From assembly GCA_043718025.1 (NCBI GenBank), contig JAYSWN010000232.1:1-44314 (forward strand): a stretch of 44,314 nt of DNA. The letters are read 5' to 3'. Below the pieces are notes generated by a model. The model was not told the origin of the DNA and made no database searches. It was given only the letters and a program-made list of their open reading frames with translations. The position numbers were made by a program, and so were the translations under genes. The stretch comes from Pseudomonadota bacterium. Its GTDB lineage: Bacteria > Bdellovibrionota > FAC87 > UBA2466. Positions 16,243 to 25,389 of the stretch are shown here, piece after piece (within the stretch, counting starts at the first letter, position 1; each line of letters begins with the position of its first letter).

Positions 16243-18840
16243 ATGTGGCAAGCGCTGCGGTTTACCGCGTTTTTCTTTTTTCTGGCTTTTAGTCAATCTG
16301 GCTTGGCCGCCGTCGTAGAAGATGTCTGCCCCAACGAATTAATTAAGGTAGGAGAAGCGTTGCTTGCCAGGCGCGGCGCCCCTTCGACGGGGGAAACCCC
16401 ATCTTCCCTGCGCACCTCTGCCGTAGCTAGTGCCACCATGGCCGGTCCGGTAGTGGATCGCGAGACCATCGCGCGTGAAGCAGCCCTGTTTCTGGTCAAT
16501 ACGGCCTACGTCGGGGTCACCCAGAATGATACCGGGGTGCTGCGAACCCCGCCCACCCAAATGCTTTTGCACCGCAATCGTCTGAGAGTTTTGTTGGGAA
16601 ATGATCAAAGAGTGCCCCTCCACTTTTTGACCGATCTCGAGGCGCGATCCCGCCGCACCATTTTGGTGGGCCGCGCCTTGGAAGAACAGCTGTGGGAACT
16701 CGAGCGTACCCAACAAAAAGAGGACCCCAGTTTCCAACCCGAAACCGTTCGCCAAGTGGTTACGGTAATTTCAAAGGTTCTCGAACGTAAAGAGGTTAAG
16801 CCGCTCACCGACTTTGTGCTTGAACACTACCAAGACGCCTTGTCGATTCTTGGAGTTTCCAATGAGGTCGATGACCTCCGCTGGAAGATCATCGCCCTCG
16901 TGATGCAAGAAAAAATTGATCAGGATGCCCCTTCGGAGGAAATGCCGCAAACCTTTCAGGCGAAGGCTAAAGCGCGATTTTTTGCCATCGTTCGCGCGGC
17001 CCACAATTTAGTTAGGCGAGTGCCGAGCTGGCAAACCGTTTCGAAAGAGGTGTTGATGGCGTTGGCCGCCTCTGATCACCAGCCGTTGGATTCGCGAACC
17101 ATCGCTCAGTTGACCAGACTGTCGTATGCTTTTCGCGATACTTCCCGAAGATCCACTTTTACTGTGCATTTGAACGCCCTTATTTCGTTAGAACACGATC
17201 TGGCCGAAGTGCTCACCAGTTATTTTCGCAATTACCGGGCGGCGGTTCTGCTCAAAAAACTGTTGCACGACGTGGCCTGTACCGACCAAGAACGTCCGCT
17301 GGAGAGTTACAACTTAGCCCGTCAAGCCATGCAATGGCGTTTGAACGACCACCCCTACGTGCGGCACGTCGTTGAAAATGGGTTGGTTGGAAATGCTGAG
17401 ATTTATCACCCCTACCTCTGCGTGCCCTTGGCCGTAGGGCGGCCCATTTCCGAACTTGAGGATCCCTTGCTTGCCGCGCAGGCATTGAGTCAGCCGATTT
17501 TGTCGGCGTTGTACGAAGAGTCGAGGCCGGTCGGTCTGGAGGCCATGGTGCGGGAGTGGAACGTTAAAGCCGCCGACCGAACGCTTGCCGAAGTGGAAGG
17601 GATCTTAAAAAAATCTGCCGCGAGCGCGGGCGCCAATCTGCTTACTCGCGTGGTGGCCAAAGATCCTAAGTACGAAGAGCTTATTGGTGCCGCCTTGGGG
17701 CCCATCGTCGAGCGACTCAAGAAGACCGGTACGGGATCGGTTGCCTCGTCAGAGAAGCCCAAATCCGGTTGGGCCGACGACCCGACCGAAAAAGAAGGTA
17801 AAGACAAGGACCCAAAGAAAAAGAAGAAAGATGAAGATCCTTTGGATCCGTGGTTCGAGGCCGAAGAGGAGGGCGGCAGTCGCCGCCGTGACAAACAGCC
17901 GGCGAGCGAACCGCTTGACACCGAACCCATCGCTTTTTTGTTGGTCCAGATTCAAAATTACTTGGGTGAGGAATCCACCAAGATTGACTGGAGCAAAGTG
18001 CGTGCGGTGCCGCGCGCCAATGATAAAGAGAAAAAAAACGAGGGCGAAGCGGAAAAAAAAGCCGACGCTTGGGATAGTGAAACCGAGGGGTCTTCTTCGG
18101 CGTCTAAGCGTCGTCAGCAGGCCGATTTTTCGGTGGCTTACTCTTGGGTCGATGCCGTTTATGAGCTGCTGAATCAACGGGCGGAAAAGGTCCGGGACAC
18201 CGATCTAGAGATCGAGGCTAAGGTCGAAACGGCAAAATTGGGTGGCGATAACGCAACTTTGTATACAACCGAGCGCGTGACGGCCGCGCAAGAACGGCAA
18301 AGATTAATCAGCACTTTTTTAAATGTACAGCACGCCATTAAGGCCTGCATCATGGGGCAGCAGGCCATTCGTAATCGTGACGCCAATGACGATGAAATTT
18401 CTATCGACGCCCTTAGAGTCGCGGCATTTTTTTTGGAAAAGCACCGCAGCTTGGCGCGCTTTTTATCGAGTCACTCTCACTTTGACCCCAGTTTGCGAGA
18501 ACTTTGGGTTCGTATGTTCGTGCACGTGGCCTCGGGCCACATGGACTTGAATCCGCGATCGCCATTTCCTGCCCCGTTTGTTCCGGTTTCAGTGCAGTCA
18601 CCGATGAGGCGTTGGCTCAAGATTGCTGGCTATAGCTGCGCCATCGTGGCGGTGTCGATAGGGGGCAGCATGGTGTTAAGCCTCAAAGGCTGCGCGCCGG
18701 AAAAACCCGCCGTGATCCAAAAAGCTGAGCCGGGCGGGGCAGAAAAAGCGAAGCCAACTGTAGAAACTCCGGCGGGAAAAGAGACTCCCCCCAAGCCGCC
18801 CAGAGATCCTTGGGACGGTGAAAATGAATTTGCCAAATAA
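16243..18840 (+). CDS. Large hypothetical exported protein with charged low-complexity tracts and a C-terminal TM
   Basis: 865-aa ORF with GAGGGGG RBS, signal peptide and hydrophobic segment near the C-terminus. Confidence 0.75.
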   Translation: MWQALRFTAFFFFLAFSQSGLAAVVEDVCPNELIKVGEALLARRGAPSTGETPSSLRTSAVASATMAGPVVDRETIAREAALFLVNTAYVGVTQNDTGVLRTPPTQMLLHRNRLRVLLGNDQRVPLHFLTDLEARSRRTILVGRALEEQLWELERTQQKEDPSFQPETVRQVVTVISKVLERKEVKPLTDFVLEHYQDALSILGVSNEVDDLRWKIIALVMQEKIDQDAPSEEMPQTFQAKAKARFFAIVRAAHNLVRRVPSWQTVSKEVLMALAASDHQPLDSRTIAQLTRLSYAFRDTSRRSTFTVHLNALISLEHDLAEVLTSYFRNYRAAVLLKKLLHDVACTDQERPLESYNLARQAMQWRLNDHPYVRHVVENGLVGNAEIYHPYLCVPLAVGRPISELEDPLLAAQALSQPILSALYEESRPVGLEAMVREWNVKAADRTLAEVEGILKKSAASAGANLLTRVVAKDPKYEELIGAALGPIVERLKKTGTGSVASSEKPKSGWADDPTEKEGKDKDPKKKKKDEDPLDPWFEAEEEGGSRRRDKQPASEPLDTEPIAFLLVQIQNYLGEESTKIDWSKVRAVPRANDKEKKNEGEAEKKADAWDSETEGSSSASKRRQQADFSVAYSWVDAVYELLNQRAEKVRDTDLEIEAKVETAKLGGDNATLYTTERVTAAQERQRLISTFLNVQHAIKACIMGQQAIRNRDANDDEISIDALRVAAFFLEKHRSLARFLSSHSHFDPSLRELWVRMFVHVASGHMDLNPRSPFPAPFVPVSVQSPMRRWLKIAGYSCAIVAVSIGGSMVLSLKGCAPEKPAVIQKAEPGGAEKAKPTVETPAGKETPPKPPRDPWDGENEFAK

Positions 18841-19381
18841 CGTAGGGGCTCTGCGTACGCGGGCGGCCAAAATTAAGTTGCTGCTAACTGATGTCGACGG
18901 CGTGCTAACCGATGGTGGCGTCTACTACTCAGACCAGGGCGAGGCAATGAAGCGGTTTCATATTCCCGACGGCATGGGGGTGGTTCGGTTAAGGGAGCTG
19001 GCCGGCATCGAAACCGGCATCATCACCGGTGAAAAATCAGAATCGGTACGCCGGCGCGCCGAACGATTAAAAATAGAAGAGCTGCACCTCGGCGCCAATC
19101 CAAAAGCGCCTTTAGTCGCGGCCATCGCCAAGCGTCGTGGCCTTCAGCTTTTTGAGCTGGCCTACCTGGGTGACGACGTGAACGACTTAGGGGCCATGGC
19201 CTTAGTTGGCTTCACCGCTTGCCCCCGGGATGGGTTTTCGCAGGTGAGGGATGTGGTTCATTACGTTTGCCAGAAAGAGGGGGGACGGGGCGCCTTCCGC
19301 GAAGTGGCTGAGTTTTTGATCGCGGCGCAAAAGGGAGAGCTCGATGCCTCTGCACCCGCGACCTTTTCAGCTGGAAAGTAG
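18824..19381 (+). CDS. kdsC: KDO 8-phosphate phosphatase (HAD family, KdsC/YrbI)
   Basis: IKLLLTDVDGVLTDG, GIITG, AYLGDDVND, GGRGAFREVAE. Start is 18818 or 18824. Confidence 0.88.
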   Translation: MNLPNNVGALRTRAAKIKLLLTDVDGVLTDGGVYYSDQGEAMKRFHIPDGMGVVRLRELAGIETGIITGEKSESVRRRAERLKIEELHLGANPKAPLVAAIAKRRGLQLFELAYLGDDVNDLGAMALVGFTACPRDGFSQVRDVVHYVCQKEGGRGAFREVAEFLIAAQKGELDASAPATFSAGK

Positions 19382-19392
19382 ATGGGCACCTT

Positions 19393-19980
19393 TTAGCGCC
19401 AGTTGGCGGTGGGCTGTTTTTTTAAGGCTAACGCTAGCATCTCGTCGTAGGTCTCTCCCGGAATTTCAATTGCGCCCAAAGATTCTAGGTGGGGGGTGAG
19501 AAACTGGACCTCAAGGAGATCGTAATTTAGCGATCGCAACTTAGTGGTGAGAAAATAGAGTGCGGCTTTGCTGCCGTCAGTCTCGGTGTGAAATTTTGAT
19601 TCCGCAAAAAAGGCGCCGCCTAGACTAACTCCATAAACCCCGCCGGCTAGCGTATCCCCTTTCCACACTTCAACGGAGTGGGCGTCGCCCTGTTCGTGCA
19701 AAAGAGTGTAGGCATTAAGAAACTCAGTGTTGATCCAAGTCTCTTCACGCGCCGCGCAGTGCTCCATCACTTTGCGAAATTGTTGATCGTAAGTCGCGAC
19801 AAATTCATTTTTTTTCAACCGACGACGCAAACTCTTCGAGACATGAAACCCGTCGAGTGGCAGAATGGCTCTGGGGTCGGGCCGAAACCATTCTAACTCT
19901 TGGGTTTCGGGGTGGGGCATCGGAAAGTAGCCTTGCGCATACACCGCCCTGAGTAATTTTGGACTTAAACGTAGTTTCAC
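19393..19980 (-). CDS. aat: Leucyl/phenylalanyl-tRNA-protein transferase
   Basis: AVYAQGYFPM..W..PDPRAIL, TWIN, AHSVEVW, GGVYGV.LG.AFFAESKF, SKAAL, T.HL.SLGA. Confidence 0.95.
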   Translation of the reverse strand: MKLRLSPKLLRAVYAQGYFPMPHPETQELEWFRPDPRAILPLDGFHVSKSLRRRLKKNEFVATYDQQFRKVMEHCAAREETWINTEFLNAYTLLHEQGDAHSVEVWKGDTLAGGVYGVSLGGAFFAESKFHTETDGSKAALYFLTTKLRSLNYDLLEVQFLTPHLESLGAIEIPGETYDEMLALALKKQPTANWR

Positions 19981-20005
19981 TGCAATTCATTGTAGGGGGT
20001 AGATT

Positions 20006-21379
20006 CTGTTCTCGAAAGACCAGAGTAACGGCTTAAATCACCTTTCGGTCCTGCGCTCTATACAAAACCGTAGCGCTCCGGCCCAGGGTGAACTTGCGCC
20101 CGGTCTCAATCCGAAGCCTCGTCGTAAGTGGGGCCGAAAAGTTCTAGTGGCCGCGGGCATCCTCTACGTGGGCTACGCTTTTTTTTTCCCCGCCAAGAAG
20201 GCGGTGATGGGGCCGGCCGAGCCGGTTGCTCATCTGCAGACTCCACTGCAAACGCAGCGCAAGGCAATCGCGGCCGCGCTCAATAGCCAGATTAACCTCG
20301 GCGAGTTTCCGGCAGAAATCGTGGTAAGTGGTAAACCAGCGTCGGTGACCTACACTTTCGACGCCGAAGCCCAAGCCCATATGGAAAAGCTCTTTAAGAA
20401 ATACAATCCAGATTACGGCGCCTTTGCCGCCATCGATGCCAGCAGCGGAAAGATTTTGTCGTTGGTAAGCTACACCCGCAAGCCCAACGAAATTGGCAAT
20501 TTGGCACTTAAGGCGGTTTTCCCCGCCGCTTCCATTTTTAAGATCGTAACCGCGGCGGCCGCCATGGATCAGTCGCGGCTGGCCCCCCATTCCACTATCT
20601 CTTACGGTGGGCGAAACACCACCCTGTACCGTAATCAGGTTTTGAAATCGCGCAGTTATGGCGAACGGTTGATGTCCATTAAAGAGGCTTTTGCGCGCAG
20701 CGTAAACACCGTGTTTGGAAAAATCGGGGTGTTTGTTTTGAAGCCGTCCGAGCTCGAGAATTATGCTGGCAAATTTTTGTTTACCGACGCTCTGGCGTTG
20801 GACATTCCCTTTGAATCTAAGGCGGTGAGAGTTTCAAAAGAAGATCCATTTCACATGGCGGAATTGGCCTCGGGCTTTGATCGCGACACTTCGTTAAGCC
20901 CGTTGCACGGTGCGCTGATAAGCGCGGCGGTAACTAACGACGGCGTTATGATCGAGCCACATTTGGTACAAACGCTAAAGGCGCCAGATGGGAAAGTGAT
21001 CTACGAGGCCTCGCCGACCGAGTTTGCGGCTTCGATGCACCCTAGCACCGCGGCCCAGTTGCGTGAGCTCATGCGCGAAACCGTTCGCAATGGCACCGCC
21101 CGAAAAAGTTTTCGGGGCGCTTTGCCGAGGTTTCAAAAGGCCGGAATTGAAGTGGGGGGGAAAACCGGGTCGCTTACGTCACTTTCTCCGCGCGGTAAAT
21201 GCGATTGGTTTGTCGGCTACGGGCTATTCCCTTCCTCGCGAATTGCCATCGCCGCATTGACCGTAAATGTGGATAAGTGGCAGGTGAAGTCTTCGTATCT
21301 GGCCCGCGAGTTTCTCGAGGGTTACTACTCTAAAAAAAGAATGGCGGCATTGACCTACGGGCCAATGCCGCGCCTCTAA
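20006..21379 (+). CDS. Penicillin-binding protein, transpeptidase domain only
   Basis: SxxK (ASIFK), SxN (SVN) and KTG motifs. The frame is open from 20003; start uncertain (CTG 20006 versus GTG 20147). Confidence 0.88.
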   Translation: MFSKDQSNGLNHLSVLRSIQNRSAPAQGELAPGLNPKPRRKWGRKVLVAAGILYVGYAFFFPAKKAVMGPAEPVAHLQTPLQTQRKAIAAALNSQINLGEFPAEIVVSGKPASVTYTFDAEAQAHMEKLFKKYNPDYGAFAAIDASSGKILSLVSYTRKPNEIGNLALKAVFPAASIFKIVTAAAAMDQSRLAPHSTISYGGRNTTLYRNQVLKSRSYGERLMSIKEAFARSVNTVFGKIGVFVLKPSELENYAGKFLFTDALALDIPFESKAVRVSKEDPFHMAELASGFDRDTSLSPLHGALISAAVTNDGVMIEPHLVQTLKAPDGKVIYEASPTEFAASMHPSTAAQLRELMRETVRNGTARKSFRGALPRFQKAGIEVGGKTGSLTSLSPRGKCDWFVGYGLFPSSRIAIAALTVNVDKWQVKSSYLAREFLEGYYSKKRMAALTYGPMPRL

Positions 21380-21400
21380 GAGTGGTTTGAGAATAAGGGC

Positions 21401-22609
21401 TTAATCTAATTTACTGAAGCGATTCATGAACACCGGCAGCCACTTAGCCGTGGTGTTCATCGTGGTCAGCCGCCACTGCTTAGACTTAGGGTAATAGAGC
21501 TCAAGAAAGTCGGCTTTGATTTGCCCAGCTTTGTCTCGGCTCACCGCGCCGTGGTGCTGAAGCTGGTTTTCTACAATGGACATGCGCAAAGATTCTACCC
21601 CGCCGCGGGTGCCTTGATTGTCGTTAGTGCCATATTCAAGCACCATGGGAACCACTTTTTTCTTGAGCTGCAGCATTCGCTTCATCGTGTAGGCAGAGAA
21701 GTCGCCGAAGGTTTCGTAAAAGTCTTCACTTCCTCCCTCGTCAATCTGATAGCCCGCGAAGACTTTGAGCATTGCGGCCCGAGTGGGGACGTCTTTTACT
21801 ACACTGGGAAACAAGTGCATGAAGGCTTTAGTGCCGTAACCGGTGTGCAGATCTAGGTGCATCACCGATTGATAGGGACCAGCCTTATCGTCCATAAATT
21901 TTTCGACCAGATCTTTTTGTGGTTCAAAGTCTTTACCGCCGAAGTAAATTCCCAAAGGGTATTCGTACTGGCCCTGTAGGGTGGCGGTGCGCAAAACCGA
22001 CATTTTTTCCGTGGCCAAGAGTTTACCCACGCGCGCTAAAAAGGCCGCGCCGCTTAGGTAGCTGTAGCGTGCAGCGTAGGCTGGATTTAACAGGTAATTT
22101 AGCTTGGTGTAGCCGGCATTGTGAAATTTAAATAATTCGCGATCGATGTCGAAGTTGCGATTCAAGTCGACGTTGTTTTCCGAAACCCGGCGCAGGTATT
22201 TAAAGCCGTAGGGATTAATCGCGTGGACCAATATCACCCCGGTGGTGTCGCGATTAAATGTCGGCAGCACCTCTTCGATCATATATTTTTGCACGGCGCT
22301 GCCCATAAAGCCTTCCACGCCATGGGTGCCGGAGGTGACCAGGATTAAACTTTTGGTCTGTTTTAGGGCGGGAAGAAATACCCAATCCGTAGAGAGGTCA
22401 TTATCGATTTGGCTCGGAACTTTCCAGTTTCCGGTTTGCACACTTGATTCGGATTTTGGCAATTTTGCGATCAGCGTTTTTACTGAATCGCGAAATTGGC
22501 TTCGGCAAGCGTCGTAACTGTCGCAGAAATAGGCCAGCCGATTTGGTGCGGTGGCGGCCGTGCCAATGGAAACGCTGAACCAGGTCAGCAAAAAGATAAA
22601 TGGCTTCAT
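21401..22609 (-). CDS. Secreted M14-like zinc carboxypeptidase (DUF2817-type), paralog 2
   Basis: HGVEG, NVDLNRNF, DLHTGYG, LEYGT; GGGGAG RBS before ATG 22609; signal peptide. Confidence 0.82.
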   Translation of the reverse strand: MKPFIFLLTWFSVSIGTAATAPNRLAYFCDSYDACRSQFRDSVKTLIAKLPKSESSVQTGNWKVPSQIDNDLSTDWVFLPALKQTKSLILVTSGTHGVEGFMGSAVQKYMIEEVLPTFNRDTTGVILVHAINPYGFKYLRRVSENNVDLNRNFDIDRELFKFHNAGYTKLNYLLNPAYAARYSYLSGAAFLARVGKLLATEKMSVLRTATLQGQYEYPLGIYFGGKDFEPQKDLVEKFMDDKAGPYQSVMHLDLHTGYGTKAFMHLFPSVVKDVPTRAAMLKVFAGYQIDEGGSEDFYETFGDFSAYTMKRMLQLKKKVVPMVLEYGTNDNQGTRGGVESLRMSIVENQLQHHGAVSRDKAGQIKADFLELYYPKSKQWRLTTMNTTAKWLPVFMNRFSKLD

Positions 22610-22698
22610 TGTGATTCTCCCCATGAATTGTGTTCACGAGGAAAGTGCTGCCGCCACGCCATGCCGTCAAACCTGCCTAACGCGAAACGTTAACAGGG

Positions 22699-22731
22699 AA
22701 AGTCGTAAAAAATTTACCGTCTTACGACTTT
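22699..22731. repeat. Perfect 10-bp inverted repeat between the paralogs (terminator, stabiliser or operator)
   Basis: AAAGTCGTAA-N13-TTACGACTTT, 2 nt after the stop of the upstream paralog. Confidence 0.55.
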
Positions 22732-22733
22732 TT

Positions 22734-23993
22734 TCAATCCAATTTACTAAAGCGATCCATGAATATCGGCAGCCATTGCGCCGTGGCTTTCATCGTACTT
22801 AGGCGCCAACTGGGCGATTTTGGGAAAAAGAGCTCAAGGTAATCCTCCTTAAGTCGCTGGGCTCGGGCCGGCGTAGTGGCGCCGAAGTGGGCGAATTGGT
22901 TTTCTAAAATTGAGAGGCGAAGCGATTGCACACCGCCCAAAATTCCCTGGTTATCGTTGGTGCCGTACTCAAGCGTCATCGGGACCACCTTTTTATTGAG
23001 CTGCCGCATTCGCTTCATGGTGTAAATCGCGATGTCGCCAAAACTTGCATAAAAATCGTCGCCACTGCCTTCATCAATTTTATAACCGGCAAAGACTTTA
23101 AGCATCGCGGCCCGGATGGTCGCGTCTTTTACTTCACTTGGAAAAAGGTGCAAATGAGCTTTGCTGCCGTAACCCGTATGCACGTCTAGATGCATCACTG
23201 ATCCGTAGGGCTCAGCCTTTTCGTCCATAAATTTCTCAAAGAGATCTTTGTGCGGTTCAAAGTCTTTTCCGCCGTAGTAGATACCGAGGGGAAAGTCGTA
23301 TTGACCTTGCAGGGCCGCGTTGCGAATCGAAGCGACCTTTTCTTTAGCCAGCAACTGAACGGCGCTCAGCAAAAAACTGGCGCCGCCAGCATAGTCATAA
23401 CGCACCGGAGAAACCGGATTTAACAAGCCGTTGAGATTAGCGTAAGCCGGGTTGCGCAAGTTAAATAACTCGCGATTGGTGTCGAAGTTACGGTTCAAGT
23501 CGACGTTGTTTTCAGAAACCCGGCGCAAGTACTTAAAGCCGTAAGGATTAATCGCATGGACAAGAATCACTCCGGTGGTGTCACGATCGAATCCGGGGAG
23601 AAGCTCTTCGAGCAGGTACTTTTGAATCGCGCTGCCCATGAAGCCTTCGACGCCGTGTACCCCCGAGGTCACCACGACCAAACTCTTAGGCTCTTTGCGA
23701 GCCGGAAGAAAGAGCCAATCCGTATAGAGGGAATCGTCGACTTTGCTGGGTATTTTCCACTTTCCGACTTGTGCTTTGGCGCGCTCAGCCGCGGGAAGCT
23801 TATCGATGAAGGCTTGCGCCGTTCGATTGAATTGTTCTCGGCAGGTTTCGTAGCTAGCACAAAAATAGGAGAGCCTAACGCTGTCGGATACCGCCGCCGG
23901 TAAGCTGGCAAAGCAGTCTCGTCCCGTAACCGCCGCCAGTTTCGCCGCACCACCGATACTGACGAACGTTAGTAAATATAACCACTTCTTCAC
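22734..23993 (-). CDS. Secreted M14-like zinc carboxypeptidase (DUF2817-type), paralog 1
   Basis: HGVEG, NVDLNRNF, DVHTGYG, LEYGT; GGAGG RBS before GTG. Confidence 0.82.
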   Translation of the reverse strand: MKKWLYLLTFVSIGGAAKLAAVTGRDCFASLPAAVSDSVRLSYFCASYETCREQFNRTAQAFIDKLPAAERAKAQVGKWKIPSKVDDSLYTDWLFLPARKEPKSLVVVTSGVHGVEGFMGSAIQKYLLEELLPGFDRDTTGVILVHAINPYGFKYLRRVSENNVDLNRNFDTNRELFNLRNPAYANLNGLLNPVSPVRYDYAGGASFLLSAVQLLAKEKVASIRNAALQGQYDFPLGIYYGGKDFEPHKDLFEKFMDEKAEPYGSVMHLDVHTGYGSKAHLHLFPSEVKDATIRAAMLKVFAGYKIDEGSGDDFYASFGDIAIYTMKRMRQLNKKVVPMTLEYGTNDNQGILGGVQSLRLSILENQFAHFGATTPARAQRLKEDYLELFFPKSPSWRLSTMKATAQWLPIFMDRFSKLD

Positions 23994-24149
23994 TTAAAAC
24001 CTCCCCGTAAAAACTAAGTGCCTGGTGTGATCACAAGAAGCTGGCGCGGCGCGTTGCGTTCGTCAAATCCTATCCCGCCAAAAGTTAGGAAAAACATCAT
24101 CCTCCACTTGGTAAAGCCGTAAGAATTACCGATAGGTAGGAGAGTAACT

Positions 24150-25388
24150 ATGGTCGAACCCCATTCAAAATTATTGCCCGCCGTCCGTCTGTATTTCTCA
24201 ATTTTCTACGGGCTGCTTTACGCTTACGTGGGAGGCCTTTTTTCTGCCCAGTGGGGAAATGGGTCGCTACTGATTGCGCTGCTCATTTTCTTATTCCCCT
24301 CGGCGCTGCGATTCCGTTTTGTGCGATCCGGAAAGTGGAATCCCAAATTCACTCTGCTGGTCACCTTTACCGAGGCCATTTTGATGGCTGGTTTAACCTA
24401 CGTGTTGATGGTTCACGTTAAGGAAGGGCCGCGCTTTTTGCTTCAGCCCTTCTCCTACGGGTTCTTTATTTCTCTGTTGGTGTTTTCGGCTGCCGAAGCC
24501 GGTAGAGCTGAACTGCTTACGACTCTGTCTAACGTTCTGATCTTGCGCGTGATGGCACTGGCGCTTTGCCTGCGTTCCGGGGTCGTTTTTAACTTAGAGT
24601 TTAGCTACCTTGATCGGTTTGTTTACCTGGGCCACGAAGCCGCCTACTTCGCGGGCTTTTTCGCCACCAGTGCCGCCGCCTATTTTTGGGCGCCGAAGAA
24701 AATTGTTTCGCGGTTTTCCGCCGTCGCTCTGAAAGACGAATTATCGGCAGGTATTGCTTCCGCCGCCAAGAAGGCACCCGAAATTCGTACGGCTTTTTTG
24801 TTGTACATAAACATTTGTGATTTTGCGGCGGTGTCGGCAAAAGCCAGCCCGGGGCAAGTGCGCCGGCTGCTTCGCGAGTACCACAATCGAACCGAAGAGC
24901 TGATTGCGCGGCACGGTGGCCAAATACAGAGCAAAGAGGGCAGCGGGATGCTGGCCCACTTTGGCGTTAAGAGTAGCGACAGTAAGGCCGCGGCCAAAGG
25001 GATGAGCTGTTTAGAGGAGCTGATCGCTTGCTTAGACCACTGGAATCAAGACCGGGCGGCGCAAAATGAGTTTTTCGTGGAGTGCGGCTTTTCGGGAGTA
25101 GTAGCCAATTTTTTTCTGGAGAAAAAATCACAGATGGAACGGCTAGACTTAGATCTGGTTGGCGAGTCGGTGAATTTAATTAAGCAGCTAGAAAATCACA
25201 ACCTCAAGATCAACGCCCGGGCCTCTACCACCCGACAAACCCTGGAGATGGCGGCGGCTCAGGGGTTTGTGCTTTCGTCATACGTTCGATCTCTGCCCAA
25301 AGAAAAGATCGATAGCCTGCCCTTTAAACTCGACGTCGTCGTGCTGGCCGAACGGCCGCAAGCCGATGCCAAACGCAAGTCGGCTTAA
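24150..25388 (+). CDS. Multi-TM protein with a degenerate class III adenylate/guanylate cyclase domain
   Basis: LYINICDF..S....P..V..LL.EY.....LI.RHGG.I...EGSGMLAHFG ... VGESVNL..QLE follows the cyclase consensus, but both metal-binding Asp are replaced. AGGAG RBS. Confidence 0.78.
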   Translation: MVEPHSKLLPAVRLYFSIFYGLLYAYVGGLFSAQWGNGSLLIALLIFLFPSALRFRFVRSGKWNPKFTLLVTFTEAILMAGLTYVLMVHVKEGPRFLLQPFSYGFFISLLVFSAAEAGRAELLTTLSNVLILRVMALALCLRSGVVFNLEFSYLDRFVYLGHEAAYFAGFFATSAAAYFWAPKKIVSRFSAVALKDELSAGIASAAKKAPEIRTAFLLYINICDFAAVSAKASPGQVRRLLREYHNRTEELIARHGGQIQSKEGSGMLAHFGVKSSDSKAAAKGMSCLEELIACLDHWNQDRAAQNEFFVECGFSGVVANFFLEKKSQMERLDLDLVGESVNLIKQLENHNLKINARASTTRQTLEMAAAQGFVLSSYVRSLPKEKIDSLPFKLDVVVLAERPQADAKRKSA

Positions 25389-25389
25389 A

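Noticed and set aside
17490..18177. Overlapping ORFs of 142-162 aa within the 865-aa gene
   Set aside because: They are antisense or alternate-frame products of a low-complexity purine-rich tract.
24042..24058. TGGCGCGGCGCGTTGC as a sigma-54 promoter
   Set aside because: The GG-to-GC spacing is 11 nt rather than the required 10.
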